Shown: positions 47,405 through 56,184 of the stretch, piece by piece | How the letters are laid out: every line of letters starts with the position of its first letter | Position numbering within the stretch: position 1 is the first letter of the stretch | Source: an uncultured bacterium | GTDB taxonomy: Bacteria; Planctomycetota; UBA1135; GCA-002686595 | NCBI GenBank assembly: GCA_943787795.1 | Contig: CALSNU010000002.1 | Location: 256,001 to 320,000, forward strand | Reading direction: 5' to 3' | Length of the DNA stretch: 64,000 nucleotides | Program-made: the position numbers and the translations under genes | The notes under the pieces: model-generated | What the model was told of the DNA's origin: nothing | The model's database searches: none | What the model saw: only the letters and a program-made list of their open reading frames with translations

Positions 47405-49825
47405 TCAGGAGTGGGCGAAGTGGTCCTCCCACTCCTCCTCGCTCAGGAGGATATCACGCTTCTTGCCCCCCTTGTACGGGCCGATCAAGCCCTCCGCCTG
47501 AAGCTGATCCAGAAGTTGGCAGGCCTCATCGAACTCCATGTCGAGCTCCTGCTGGAGGACCGAGACCGCCACTCGGCCCTGCCGCACGAGCACGCGGCCC
47601 GCCTTGAGGAGTCGTTCGGAGTCCGCCGAGGCCCCGGAGGGCGGCGACTGGGGCTCGAGAATGACGGCCTCCTCCTCGAGCGCCTCCTCGTACTCGTCCG
47701 GATCAGCGTCCTCGAGCTCTGCGGCCGCCTCGTCCTCCTCGAGGTCCTCCTCGGGATCCTCCGCAGGGTCCTCTTGGGGGCTCTCATCCTCGGCGGCCTC
47801 CTCGTACTCGGCCTCCTCGTACTCAGCCTCCTCCTCCTCGTCGGGCTCCTCCTCGTCGCCTTCCTCTTCTTCCTCTTCTTCCTCTTCTTCGTCGAGCTCG
47901 GCCGCTTCGTAGTCGTCCTCGTCCACGAGCTCGTAGTCACCGTCCTCGAGGGCGTCGATGTCGATCGGGTTGCCGTCCTCGTCGACGTACTCGTACTCGT
48001 CTGACTCTTCCTCAGGCTCTTCCTCAGGCTCTTCCTCAGGCTCCTCCTCAGGCTCCTCCTCCTCAGCTGAAATCTCGTCAGCCGGGGCCTCACCCTCGAG
48101 CGAGTCCTCCGGCGAATCGGCGGCCTGAGCCTCCTCCCCATGGGCGAGGGCGCCCCCTTCCGGCTCGTCACCAGAGCCCGGACCGGCGGTCGGTACAGCG
48201 GGATCTTCAGCCGTGCCGCCGCGGGTCCAGGTCCCATCGGCCTCGGAGACCGTGTCTCCTTCGAAGCCGCCTTCCCACGAGGCCGGGGGTCTCGGGAGCG
48301 AGAGCTCGTCCACATCCGACTCCAACGGCGCCACGCCGCTGGGGAGATCGGTGACCGATGCTTCGGGGGCGGCGGCGCCATCGCCCACCGATCCAGGCGC
48401 CAGATCTCCCTCTCCACCCAGGCGAAGCGACTCCTCGTCGTCCACCAGGTCGAAGGGAGCCACGTCTCCGATCGGGGTCGTGAGTTCAGCAGAAGGGGCC
48501 GGGGGGACGACCTCTGCAGCGGGGGGAGCGGGGCCAGCAGCGGCGGCGCCCCCAAGGGGCGTGGTTCCCTGGGGGATCTCCCCCTTGAGCCGAGGATCGT
48601 CAGGGTAGGGCGAGGGCGGAATCGGCTCCACCTGCTGGAGGCTGGCCGAGGCGTCGCGCCAGACCTCCTCCATGTAGGCGAGGGTGTTGCCGTCCGGCGC
48701 GAGGGCAGCCGCCTCATCGTGAGAGACTCCCTCCGCCTCCCCTCGCACCAGAGCGTCGCCGAGGGTCTTGGGCTCGCTCTTCTTCGGGGCAGGCATCGCG
48801 ACCCGGGGCCGCCTGCTCATCAGGCGACCGCTGACGGCGCCCACCAGACCCCCGAGCCAGCTTGGAATCGCAGCGAAGGAGAAGCCGCCTGCTTGCGCGG
48901 AGGGGGAGGGACCGTCCACCACCGGGTCAGCCTCACGGTCAAGCAGCGGCATCCCGGCGCCTGTGGAAGCCGGTGAGGCCGGATCGGCTGCCGGTACTTG
49001 CTCGGCGCTCGGTCGCGCGGGGGTGACGGCCTCCGAAGCTGCTTCGGGCGCGACGCCGCTGGAAGCTGCCGGGCGGCCACCGGTCGCCTGAGACGGCTTG
49101 GGCCGGCGAGACGCGGCGCCCACGGACTCCTCGGGCCCGCCTGCCGCCTCACCGCCCTTCGCCTTCCCGCCAGCGCCCCTGGGGGCACTTGATCCTGAAC
49201 CGGGTGACTTGCTGGCGGGCCGACTGCTGGACTGCCCGCCGCGACTCGGAGGGGAGATCTCCTGCACCGCCGGCCCCGAGCGCTCGGCGCTCGCGCGCCG
49301 CAGCTCGGGTCCATCGAGGGAGACCTCGAGGGTCCTCGAGCCCTCCCTGGGCGCCTCGGCGAAGGCGAGCCAGAGCGCGACGGCGACGATGCCAGCGCCC
49401 ACGAGGATGCCAGCCCAGGGGCCGACGGCGTCCGCCAGCCGGGCGCCGGTCCCGTCGCCGATCCGTCCACCCGAGCCGACAGCCAGGGCGCTCGAGATCG
49501 CCGCGACGCCGAGGCCACAGACCACGATCCCGACCATCCGGCGCATGAGGTCAGACCGGAGCGCGCCCAGAACGGCCATGGCGCCGAAGACCGCGATGGC
49601 GCCGGAGATCATGAGGCCCGGCCACGTCCCGACCCAGGTCTCCACCCGGGCCGCGAGGGCGGCGGTGCCACCTAGCCCAGCCGAGGACAGGTCCGTGCCA
49701 TCCCGGACGGCCTTGATCAGGGCGACCGCAGGCAGGCACCCGATGAGAAACAGAACGCCACCGAGGAGCTCGGGCCCCCTCGAGGGAATCCGGGCCGCGC
49801 CGCGCTTACGAGGGTCTTCCTTCAT
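47405..49825 (-). CDS. Motor-less FtsK-like protein (N-terminal TM domain, long disordered acidic linker, C-terminal FtsK-gamma domain)
   Basis: About 4 TM helices incl. GGRIG; no Walker A/B; C-terminus AVSVLQQELDMEFDEACQLLDQLQAEGLIGPYKGGKKRDILLSEEEW aligns to the FtsK gamma domain. Confidence 0.8.
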   Translation of the reverse strand: MKEDPRKRGAARIPSRGPELLGGVLFLIGCLPAVALIKAVRDGTDLSSAGLGGTAALAARVETWVGTWPGLMISGAIAVFGAMAVLGALRSDLMRRMVGIVVCGLGVAAISSALAVGSGGRIGDGTGARLADAVGPWAGILVGAGIVAVALWLAFAEAPREGSRTLEVSLDGPELRRASAERSGPAVQEISPPSRGGQSSSRPASKSPGSGSSAPRGAGGKAKGGEAAGGPEESVGAASRRPKPSQATGGRPAASSGVAPEAASEAVTPARPSAEQVPAADPASPASTGAGMPLLDREADPVVDGPSPSAQAGGFSFAAIPSWLGGLVGAVSGRLMSRRPRVAMPAPKKSEPKTLGDALVRGEAEGVSHDEAAALAPDGNTLAYMEEVWRDASASLQQVEPIPPSPYPDDPRLKGEIPQGTTPLGGAAAAGPAPPAAEVVPPAPSAELTTPIGDVAPFDLVDDEESLRLGGEGDLAPGSVGDGAAAPEASVTDLPSGVAPLESDVDELSLPRPPASWEGGFEGDTVSEADGTWTRGGTAEDPAVPTAGPGSGDEPEGGALAHGEEAQAADSPEDSLEGEAPADEISAEEEEPEEEPEEEPEEEPEEESDEYEYVDEDGNPIDIDALEDGDYELVDEDDYEAAELDEEEEEEEEEEGDEEEPDEEEEAEYEEAEYEEAAEDESPQEDPAEDPEEDLEEDEAAAELEDADPDEYEEALEEEAVILEPQSPPSGASADSERLLKAGRVLVRQGRVAVSVLQQELDMEFDEACQLLDQLQAEGLIGPYKGGKKRDILLSEEEWEDHFAHS

Positions 49826-49840
49826 GGATCGATTGGCTCA

Positions 49841-52573
49841 TCAAGCCTTGTCCAGGTTGGCCTGGTTCTCCTCCCAGTCCTCGAGGGTCATGAAGATCTC
49901 CCGAGCCTTGGACCCCATGTGGGGGCCGAGGATCCCGGCGTCGCTCATCTGATCAATCAGCCGCGAGGCACGGGTGTATCCGATCCCCAGGGCCCGCTGG
50001 AGGAGGCTGGCGGAGCCGCGGCGATACTTGAGGACGACGGAGACGGCCTCGTTGAACATCTCGTCGACCTTCTCGCCGCCCTGGTTCACAGAGCCCGGAG
50101 GCGCTGTCCCGGTGGCGGTCTGAACGAGCTGCTGGTCGAAGTTCGGTGCGGCCTTCTCGCACACGTGGTCCACCAGCGCCTGGAGCTCGTGATCCTCCAC
50201 GAGGGCGCCCTGAACGCGGACCAGCTGGCTGGACTGCGGCGGCGTGTAGAGCATGTCGCCCTGGCCGAGGAGCTTCTCGGCCCCCATCTGGTCGAGGATG
50301 ACGCGGCTGTCGATCTTGGACGCGACCTGGAAGGCGATCCGCGTGGGCAGGTTGCCCTTGATCAGGCCCGTGATGACGTCAGTGCTCGGGCGCTGGGTGG
50401 CGACGATGACGTGAATGCCGACGGCGCGCGCCTTCTGCGCGAGGCGCGCGATGGCCTGCTCCGCCTCCTTCTTGGACTGCATCATCAGGTCCGCCATCTC
50501 ATCGATGACAAACACGATGTAGGGCACGTGACGCGGGGTGTACTCCTCGTTGAAGTCGTCCCCGAGGCGCTCTCGGAGCTTGTCCTCACCGAGCTTGTTG
50601 AACGCCTTGATGTTCTTGACGCCGGCGTTGTTGAAGAGCTCGTAGCGGCTCTCCATCTTCTCGACCGCCCAGAGCAGGACGTTCGTCGCCTGCTTCATGT
50701 CGGTGACGACCGGCAGCTCGAGGTGCGGGATGTTCTGGAAGATCGACAGCTCGACCATCTTCGGGTCGATCAGGATCAGCTTCACATCGTGCGGCGAGCG
50801 CGTGAGCATGATGCTGGCGATGATCGTGTTGATGCAAACGGACTTACCAGAGCCCGTGGTGCCGGCGATCAGCATGTGCGGCGCCCGCGCGAGGTCCTCG
50901 ACGACGGACTTGCCCTCGGCGTCCATCCCGAGGAACAGCGGCAGCGCCAGGACGTCGTTGTCGTACGCCTCCTGGGTGACCAGCTCGGAGATTCGCACCG
51001 TCCGGCGGTCCTTGTTCGGGACCTCCACGCCGATCGTGTTCTTGCCCGGGATCGGCGCGATGATCCGCACGCTGCGCGCCCGGAGCGTCGCCGCGATCTC
51101 CTGGGCGAGGGCCGTCACCTTGTTCATCCTCGTGCCCTGGGTGACCGTCAGCTCGAACATGGTCACGGCCGGGCCGACCTGGGCGCCCACCACCTCGGCT
51201 TCCACGCGGAAGCTCCGAAGCGCGTTCTCGAGGTTCTCGGCGCTGGTCTCGAGGAACTCCTTGTCCACCCGGGCGCTGCCGCTGGGGGCCTCGAGGAGCT
51301 CGAAGGAGGGCAGCTCCCAGGGGCCCGGGGGTGGGGTCGGGGGCTCGTAGATGGGCTGGCTGATCGTCGAGGCGCGCTTCGCGGCGGCGGCGGCGGCGCG
51401 CTTCGCCTTCGCGGAGACCTCCGCCTCGTCGAAGTTCAGCTCGGGCTCGGGCTCCACCTCAACAGCGGCCTTCTTCTTCGAGCGAGAGCGGCTCTTCTTG
51501 GCCGCAGGCTGGATGATCTCCGGCTCCTCCTCGACCTCCTCTTCCCACTCCTCTTCCTCCCACTCACCCTCCTCGAGCTCGTCGGGATCCACCGGGTTGC
51601 CGTCCTCGTCGACGTACTCGTACTCGACCTCCTCGTCTTCCTCCTCCTCGATGTCCTCCACGTCATCGTGGGCCTCGAGGTCAGGGAGCGGGTCCTTCTT
51701 GGCCCTGGAGGCCGGCTTGCGCGGCCCGCGCGCAGCGGCCTTCCTGCCGCTCTTCTTGCCCCCCTTGGCCGCACCGGGCGCGAGGTCCGCGCCACGAAGG
51801 AAGTCCCAGATCCCCACGAGGAGGCGCTTGGTCCATCCCAGCACAGCGGGGAACGTGTGCTCCCCCATGCGGTCGCGGCGATCCTCCAGCCACTCCCCAA
51901 AGGCACTGATGGCCGTATAGAACGCCATCTCGGTGGCCAACAGGGCGGAGATGATGGCCATGGTGAGGAGCACCACCCACAGCCCGATCTGGCCGAAGCG
52001 GTCCACGAGGCCCCCGTTCGACACGAGCGCCAGCCAGCCTCCAGGACCGTAGGGCAGGTCCGGAGAGAGGCTCGACATCACCTCGTCCTCACCGACCTGG
52101 CTCAGCTCGTCCTGCGCAGCCAGGAAGGCCTCCCTCGACTCCAGGTCTGGCCCGAAGCCCAGGTCGAGGACGAAGGCCGTGCTCAGCACGAAGCACACCA
52201 CGCCCAGGAAGCGCAGCATCGGCATCCGGATCTCCCGCCGCGCGACCACGATCGCGCCCCAGAAGATGCCCAGGATCGCGAGCAGGTAGCCTGAGAGGCC
52301 GATGGCGCAGAAGGCGCCGTTCGCGAGGTAGTGCCCGAGCCGGCCGCCGAGGTTCGCCCCCTCGGGGGCTGCCGCCAGCGGAGTGCTGAACGTCACCATG
52401 GACAGCAGCATCCAGATCGAGGTCCCCACCAGCGCCAGGCCCCCCAGCTCGCGTACCCGCGCTGACGAGTCGTCGTCCAGGGGCTCGCCCATGACGAGAC
52501 TAGCCGCGAGCTGACGCCAGCGGCCTCGATCAGCCCCGCGGGCTGCTTTCTTCTTTGACTTCTTTCGCGCCAA
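49841..52573 (-). CDS. ftsK: DNA translocase FtsK
   Basis: N-terminal TMs (NLGGRLG), GPAVT, IPGKNTIGVEVPN, AGTTGSGKS, DPKMVEL, VIDEMADLM, ATQRPS, gamma SASLLQRALGIGYTRASRLID; start uncertain (TTG 52573 or 52603). Confidence 0.97.
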   Translation of the reverse strand: MARKKSKKKAARGADRGRWRQLAASLVMGEPLDDDSSARVRELGGLALVGTSIWMLLSMVTFSTPLAAAPEGANLGGRLGHYLANGAFCAIGLSGYLLAILGIFWGAIVVARREIRMPMLRFLGVVCFVLSTAFVLDLGFGPDLESREAFLAAQDELSQVGEDEVMSSLSPDLPYGPGGWLALVSNGGLVDRFGQIGLWVVLLTMAIISALLATEMAFYTAISAFGEWLEDRRDRMGEHTFPAVLGWTKRLLVGIWDFLRGADLAPGAAKGGKKSGRKAAARGPRKPASRAKKDPLPDLEAHDDVEDIEEEEDEEVEYEYVDEDGNPVDPDELEEGEWEEEEWEEEVEEEPEIIQPAAKKSRSRSKKKAAVEVEPEPELNFDEAEVSAKAKRAAAAAAKRASTISQPIYEPPTPPPGPWELPSFELLEAPSGSARVDKEFLETSAENLENALRSFRVEAEVVGAQVGPAVTMFELTVTQGTRMNKVTALAQEIAATLRARSVRIIAPIPGKNTIGVEVPNKDRRTVRISELVTQEAYDNDVLALPLFLGMDAEGKSVVEDLARAPHMLIAGTTGSGKSVCINTIIASIMLTRSPHDVKLILIDPKMVELSIFQNIPHLELPVVTDMKQATNVLLWAVEKMESRYELFNNAGVKNIKAFNKLGEDKLRERLGDDFNEEYTPRHVPYIVFVIDEMADLMMQSKKEAEQAIARLAQKARAVGIHVIVATQRPSTDVITGLIKGNLPTRIAFQVASKIDSRVILDQMGAEKLLGQGDMLYTPPQSSQLVRVQGALVEDHELQALVDHVCEKAAPNFDQQLVQTATGTAPPGSVNQGGEKVDEMFNEAVSVVLKYRRGSASLLQRALGIGYTRASRLIDQMSDAGILGPHMGSKAREIFMTLEDWEENQANLDKA

Positions 52574-52722
52574 CTCGACTACTCCGCGCGTCTCCCCCCT
52601 CAAGGAGACGAACTGCCCTCCATCGTTGCGTTCCGGGGAACGCGGTTCAACGATAGGCGCCCGTGAATGGGCCCTCTGGCCCGATCCTTCCGAGAAATAA
52701 GCTCCCGCCCTGCCTGCTGCTC

Positions 52723-54186
52723 ATGCTCCTGGCCCCCCTCGCCTCCACCGCGCTTCTGCTGACGTCACCGGCCCCCCTCCAGGAGACCCCCGTGGCTCCC
52801 GAGGTCCTGGACAGCCTCGTCGTCGCTCCGGACGAAGAACTGAAGCTCACGGACACGGGTCCGACAAAGAAGGGCCCCTGGAAACTGCAGGACGCGGTCG
52901 GAGCGCCGGCGTGGCTAGAGGTCAGCGGTCAGTTCCGGACACGATTCGAGAACCTGAGCGAACGCTTCAAGATCATTCAGGACGAGGGGAGCGGCCAGAT
53001 CCTGGTCCTCCGCACGCTCCTCGCCATGACCCTCAAGGACGAGTTCCTCTCCCTCACCACCGAGCTCGAAGATTCGAGGGCGTACGGCTACCCCAGCGAC
53101 GAGATCCTCTCCACCGGTCAGGTCAACGCCGTGGAGCTGCTCCAGGCCTACGCCAGGGCGGACTTCAGTGACATGTTCACGGGCGGCGACAAGACGCGCG
53201 TCAAGCTCGGCCGCCAGACGATGGACATGGGGAGCCGACGGTTCGTGGCCCGTAACCGCTACCGGAACACGATCAACTCGTTCCTCGGCGCGAACGCGCG
53301 CTGGGAGGACAACACGGGCAGAGCCGTGGAGGCCTTCTTCACCAGCCCCACTGTCCGGCTGCCCAACGCCGGCGATCAGGAGGCCCTCAGGAACAACGAG
53401 ATCCAGTTCGATAAGGAGTTCGCGGACAACAACTTCTGGGGCCTGTTTGGCTCCCACAAGGAGGTCATCGAGAACGTCAACGCCGAGCTCTACTACTACG
53501 GGCTCGATCGCGGCGACGTGTTCAACCTCGCGGTGGCGGACCGCAAGCTGCACACCTTCGGGAGCCGCTGGTACCGCCCCACAGCTGCCGGAGAGCCCTT
53601 CTGGGAGATCGAGTACGCCTACCAGTTCGGCGAGTCCCGCAGCACGAAGGCGGCGTCGAACACGACCGACCTCGACCACAGCGCCTACATGCTGCATGTC
53701 TCCGGCGGCTACGCGTTCGATCACAGCTCCGCCCTGAAGGTCGAGGGCCTGTTCGACATCGCGACCGGCGATAGCAACCCGAACGACGGGCAGAACAACC
53801 GCTTCGACTCCCTCTTCGGCGTCCCCCGTTTCGAGTTCGGCCCCACGGGGATCTTCCGATCCTTCACCCGCGCGAACATCATCTCGCCCGGCCTGCGGCT
53901 CACAGGGAACGTCGTCGACGACTGGCAGGTCCAGCTGACCCAGCGGCCGTACTACCTGGAGTCCAAGACCGACGCGTGGACGACCACCGGGTTCCGGGAT
54001 GACACCGGCTCCTCGGGCCGACACGTGGCGGACGTCACCGAGATCCGGGTGCGTAAGCCCCTGCTGAACGGAGGCGCTCGCTTCGAGTTCGGGGGCGCTT
54101 ACCTGGCGATGAAGGAGTTCGCCAAGAACGAAGGGGACGGCAAGGACTCGATCTACACCTACGCGCAGATCACCTTCAGCTTCTGA
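52723..54186 (+). CDS. Alginate export family outer-membrane beta-barrel
   Basis: GQFRTRFE, LEDSR, ELLQAY, LGRQTMDMGSRRFVARNRYRNTINSF, ATGDSNPND, C-terminal FSF. Confidence 0.85.
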   Translation: MLLAPLASTALLLTSPAPLQETPVAPEVLDSLVVAPDEELKLTDTGPTKKGPWKLQDAVGAPAWLEVSGQFRTRFENLSERFKIIQDEGSGQILVLRTLLAMTLKDEFLSLTTELEDSRAYGYPSDEILSTGQVNAVELLQAYARADFSDMFTGGDKTRVKLGRQTMDMGSRRFVARNRYRNTINSFLGANARWEDNTGRAVEAFFTSPTVRLPNAGDQEALRNNEIQFDKEFADNNFWGLFGSHKEVIENVNAELYYYGLDRGDVFNLAVADRKLHTFGSRWYRPTAAGEPFWEIEYAYQFGESRSTKAASNTTDLDHSAYMLHVSGGYAFDHSSALKVEGLFDIATGDSNPNDGQNNRFDSLFGVPRFEFGPTGIFRSFTRANIISPGLRLTGNVVDDWQVQLTQRPYYLESKTDAWTTTGFRDDTGSSGRHVADVTEIRVRKPLLNGGARFEFGGAYLAMKEFAKNEGDGKDSIYTYAQITFSF

Positions 54187-54197
54187 TCCCGGCCGTC

Positions 54198-54253
54198 CTG
54201 CGCCTGCGAGACTGCGCCTGCGAGACTGGGCCTGCGAAACTGGGCCTGCGAGA
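54198..54253. repeat. 14-bp tandem repeat (CTGSGCCTGCGARA) x4, intergenic
   Basis: ctgcgcctgcgaga ctgcgcctgcgaga ctgggcctgcgaaa ctgggcctgcgaga. Confidence 0.85.
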
Positions 54254-54329
54254 CCCGGAGCCGGCGGCAGGCGTCCACCGGCTCCTTCCCCAGGCTCCTC
54301 GGACAGCGCCCCTCCGGGGGCTTTAGAGC

Positions 54330-54983
54330 TCAGCTTGGCGTCGGGCCGTGGGGGCCGATGAGCTGGATGAGGCGCGCCGCCGTCTCCCGCTTGGGGCAGC
54401 CCTCCGCTGACCAGAGCGCACCGTCGGCGTCGAAGACCGTGACGCTGGACTCCGGCGCGTTCAGGGCGCTGGCGCCGTTGAGGACGATCCAGTCGGCGTT
54501 CTTGCGCACGAGCTTCGCGGCCGCCCGCCTCTCGCCGTCCGCCGTCTCGAGGGCAAACGCGATGACCTTGCGGTCTCCCTTGTCCCTGGTGATGGTGCGC
54601 AGCAGGTCCGGATTCTCGACGAGCTCGAGCACCGCTGGGGCGCCGCCCTCCTCCTTCTTCTTCCACTTGCCGTCGAGCCGCTCACGGGGCCTGAAGTCAC
54701 CCACTGCGGCGGCCATGTAGATGGCATCGGCCCGCGGAAAGTGCTCCTCCAGCGCGGCGAGCATGTCCAGGGCGCTCACCACGTCGACCCGCTCGACCCC
54801 TGGCGGGGTCTCCAGGTGAACCGGACCCGCGATCAGGGTCGCGCGGTGCCCCGCTTCCACCGCCGCGCGCGCGATCTCGAAGCCCATTCGACCGCTGGAC
54901 TCGTTCGAGAGGTAGCGGACCGGGTCGAGGTGCTCACGGGTAGGACCCGCGGTCACGAGCACGTGCAAGGAGCCGGAGGCCAA
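54330..54983 (-). CDS. coaB: Phosphopantothenoylcysteine synthetase (stand-alone CoaB)
   Basis: VTAGPTREHLDPVRYLSNESSGRMG, AAAVGDF, NPDLL, FALET. Confidence 0.92.
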   Translation of the reverse strand: MASGSLHVLVTAGPTREHLDPVRYLSNESSGRMGFEIARAAVEAGHRATLIAGPVHLETPPGVERVDVVSALDMLAALEEHFPRADAIYMAAAVGDFRPRERLDGKWKKKEEGGAPAVLELVENPDLLRTITRDKGDRKVIAFALETADGERRAAAKLVRKNADWIVLNGASALNAPESSVTVFDADGALWSAEGCPKRETAARLIQLIGPHGPTPS

Positions 54984-54985
54984 GT

Positions 54986-55534
54986 TCAGGCCCCCTGACC
55001 GAGGGCTCGCTCCGCCGCAGCCACGATCGTGGCCGGCTCGGCGAGCCGCCCTGCGCCCTTATCTCCGCAGGCCATGTGCCCTTCCTCGGCCTCCACCAGG
55101 GACCAGCCGTCCGCTCGAAGGACGTCGAGGTTCCTCTGGACGGCCGGGTTGGCGAGCATGTGGGGATTCATGGCCGGGCAGACCAGCCGCGGAACGCCCG
55201 CCGGCACGGCGAGCAGCGTGGTCGTCACGAGGTCGTTCGCCATCCCATGGGCCAGTCGCCCGGCGAGGTCCGCGGAGCAGGGGGCGACGATCACCAGGTC
55301 CACCGACCGGGAGAGCTCGATGTGGTCCATCGCTCCGCGGCGCTCGTCTCCCCACTCGGACACCTGGGCAGCCTCACCCGTCACGGCGTGGAAGAGCTGG
55401 GGCGAGACGAGCCGCGCGGCGTTCTCGGTCATCGCCGTCCGCACCTGGTGTCCGTTCTGAGCGAGCTTGCTCGCCAGGTCACAGGCCTTGTAGACCGAGA
55501 CCGAGGCGGAGCAGCACAAGAGGATGTGGGCCAT
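54986..55534 (-). CDS. coaC: Phosphopantothenoylcysteine decarboxylase (stand-alone CoaC)
   Basis: SVSVYKA, HIEL, APCSAD, PAMN, MACGDKGAGRL. Confidence 0.92.
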   Translation of the reverse strand: MAHILLCCSASVSVYKACDLASKLAQNGHQVRTAMTENAARLVSPQLFHAVTGEAAQVSEWGDERRGAMDHIELSRSVDLVIVAPCSADLAGRLAHGMANDLVTTTLLAVPAGVPRLVCPAMNPHMLANPAVQRNLDVLRADGWSLVEAEEGHMACGDKGAGRLAEPATIVAAAERALGQGA

Positions 55535-55605
55535 CTTGGGGTCTCGGTCCGAGGTCAGGGGAATGGGTGCTCCGAGCCTTGAGGCGCAGCCCTCGTCGAG
55601 GGTGC

Positions 55606-56184
55606 TCAGGCGTTGGAAGGGATCGGGAGGCCGACGATCTTGCGGATCTCGGTGACGGCACGGTCGAGGTCATCGTTCACGACGATGTGATCGTACTTCA
55701 CGCGCTCACGATACTCGTCCTCGGCCTTCTTCAGGCGCCGCTCGAGCACCTCAGGCGTCTCGGTACCGCGCCCGGAGAGCCGCTGACGCAGCACCTCGAA
55801 GGTCGGAGGAGCCACGAAGACGTAGATGCCGTCCACCTCGAGCGCCTTGAGCTGAAGGGCTCCCTGGACGTCGATCTCCACGAGGTAGGTCTTGCCGGCG
55901 GTGATGGCCTCGCGCATGGGCGCCCTGAGGGTGCCGTACATGTTCCCGTGGACCTCGGCGTGCTCCACAAAGTCGCCCGCCTCGATGCGCGCCTTGAACT
56001 CGTCCACCGAGAGGAAGTGATAGTGCGTGCCGTCCACCTCACCCGGTCGGGGCGCCCGCGTGGTCGCCGAGACGCTGAAGACCACCTGCTCGTCCTCGAG
56101 CAGCTGCCTGCAGATGGTGCTCTTCCCGCAGCCGGAGGGTCCCGAGATGAGCAGGACGGATCCCTGATGATCGGAGGATGTCAT
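55606..56184 (-). CDS. gmk: Guanylate kinase
   Basis: SGPSGCGKST, SVSATTRAPRPGEVDG, YGT, EIDVQGA. Confidence 0.97.
   Translation of the reverse strand: MTSSDHQGSVLLISGPSGCGKSTICRQLLEDEQVVFSVSATTRAPRPGEVDGTHYHFLSVDEFKARIEAGDFVEHAEVHGNMYGTLRAPMREAITAGKTYLVEIDVQGALQLKALEVDGIYVFVAPPTFEVLRQRLSGRGTETPEVLERRLKKAEDEYRERVKYDHIVVNDDLDRAVTEIRKIVGLPIPSNA

Noticed and set aside
49919..52294. 791-aa + strand ORF and other long antisense ORFs (e.g. 22702-24765, 42918-44963, 14825-16648, 29520-30593)
   Set aside because: Shadow ORFs opposite well-supported genes, expected at this GC content; no recognisable motifs
54330..55534. Broken coaBC pseudogene
   Set aside because: Both halves have intact motifs and their own starts; separate coaC and coaB genes are known
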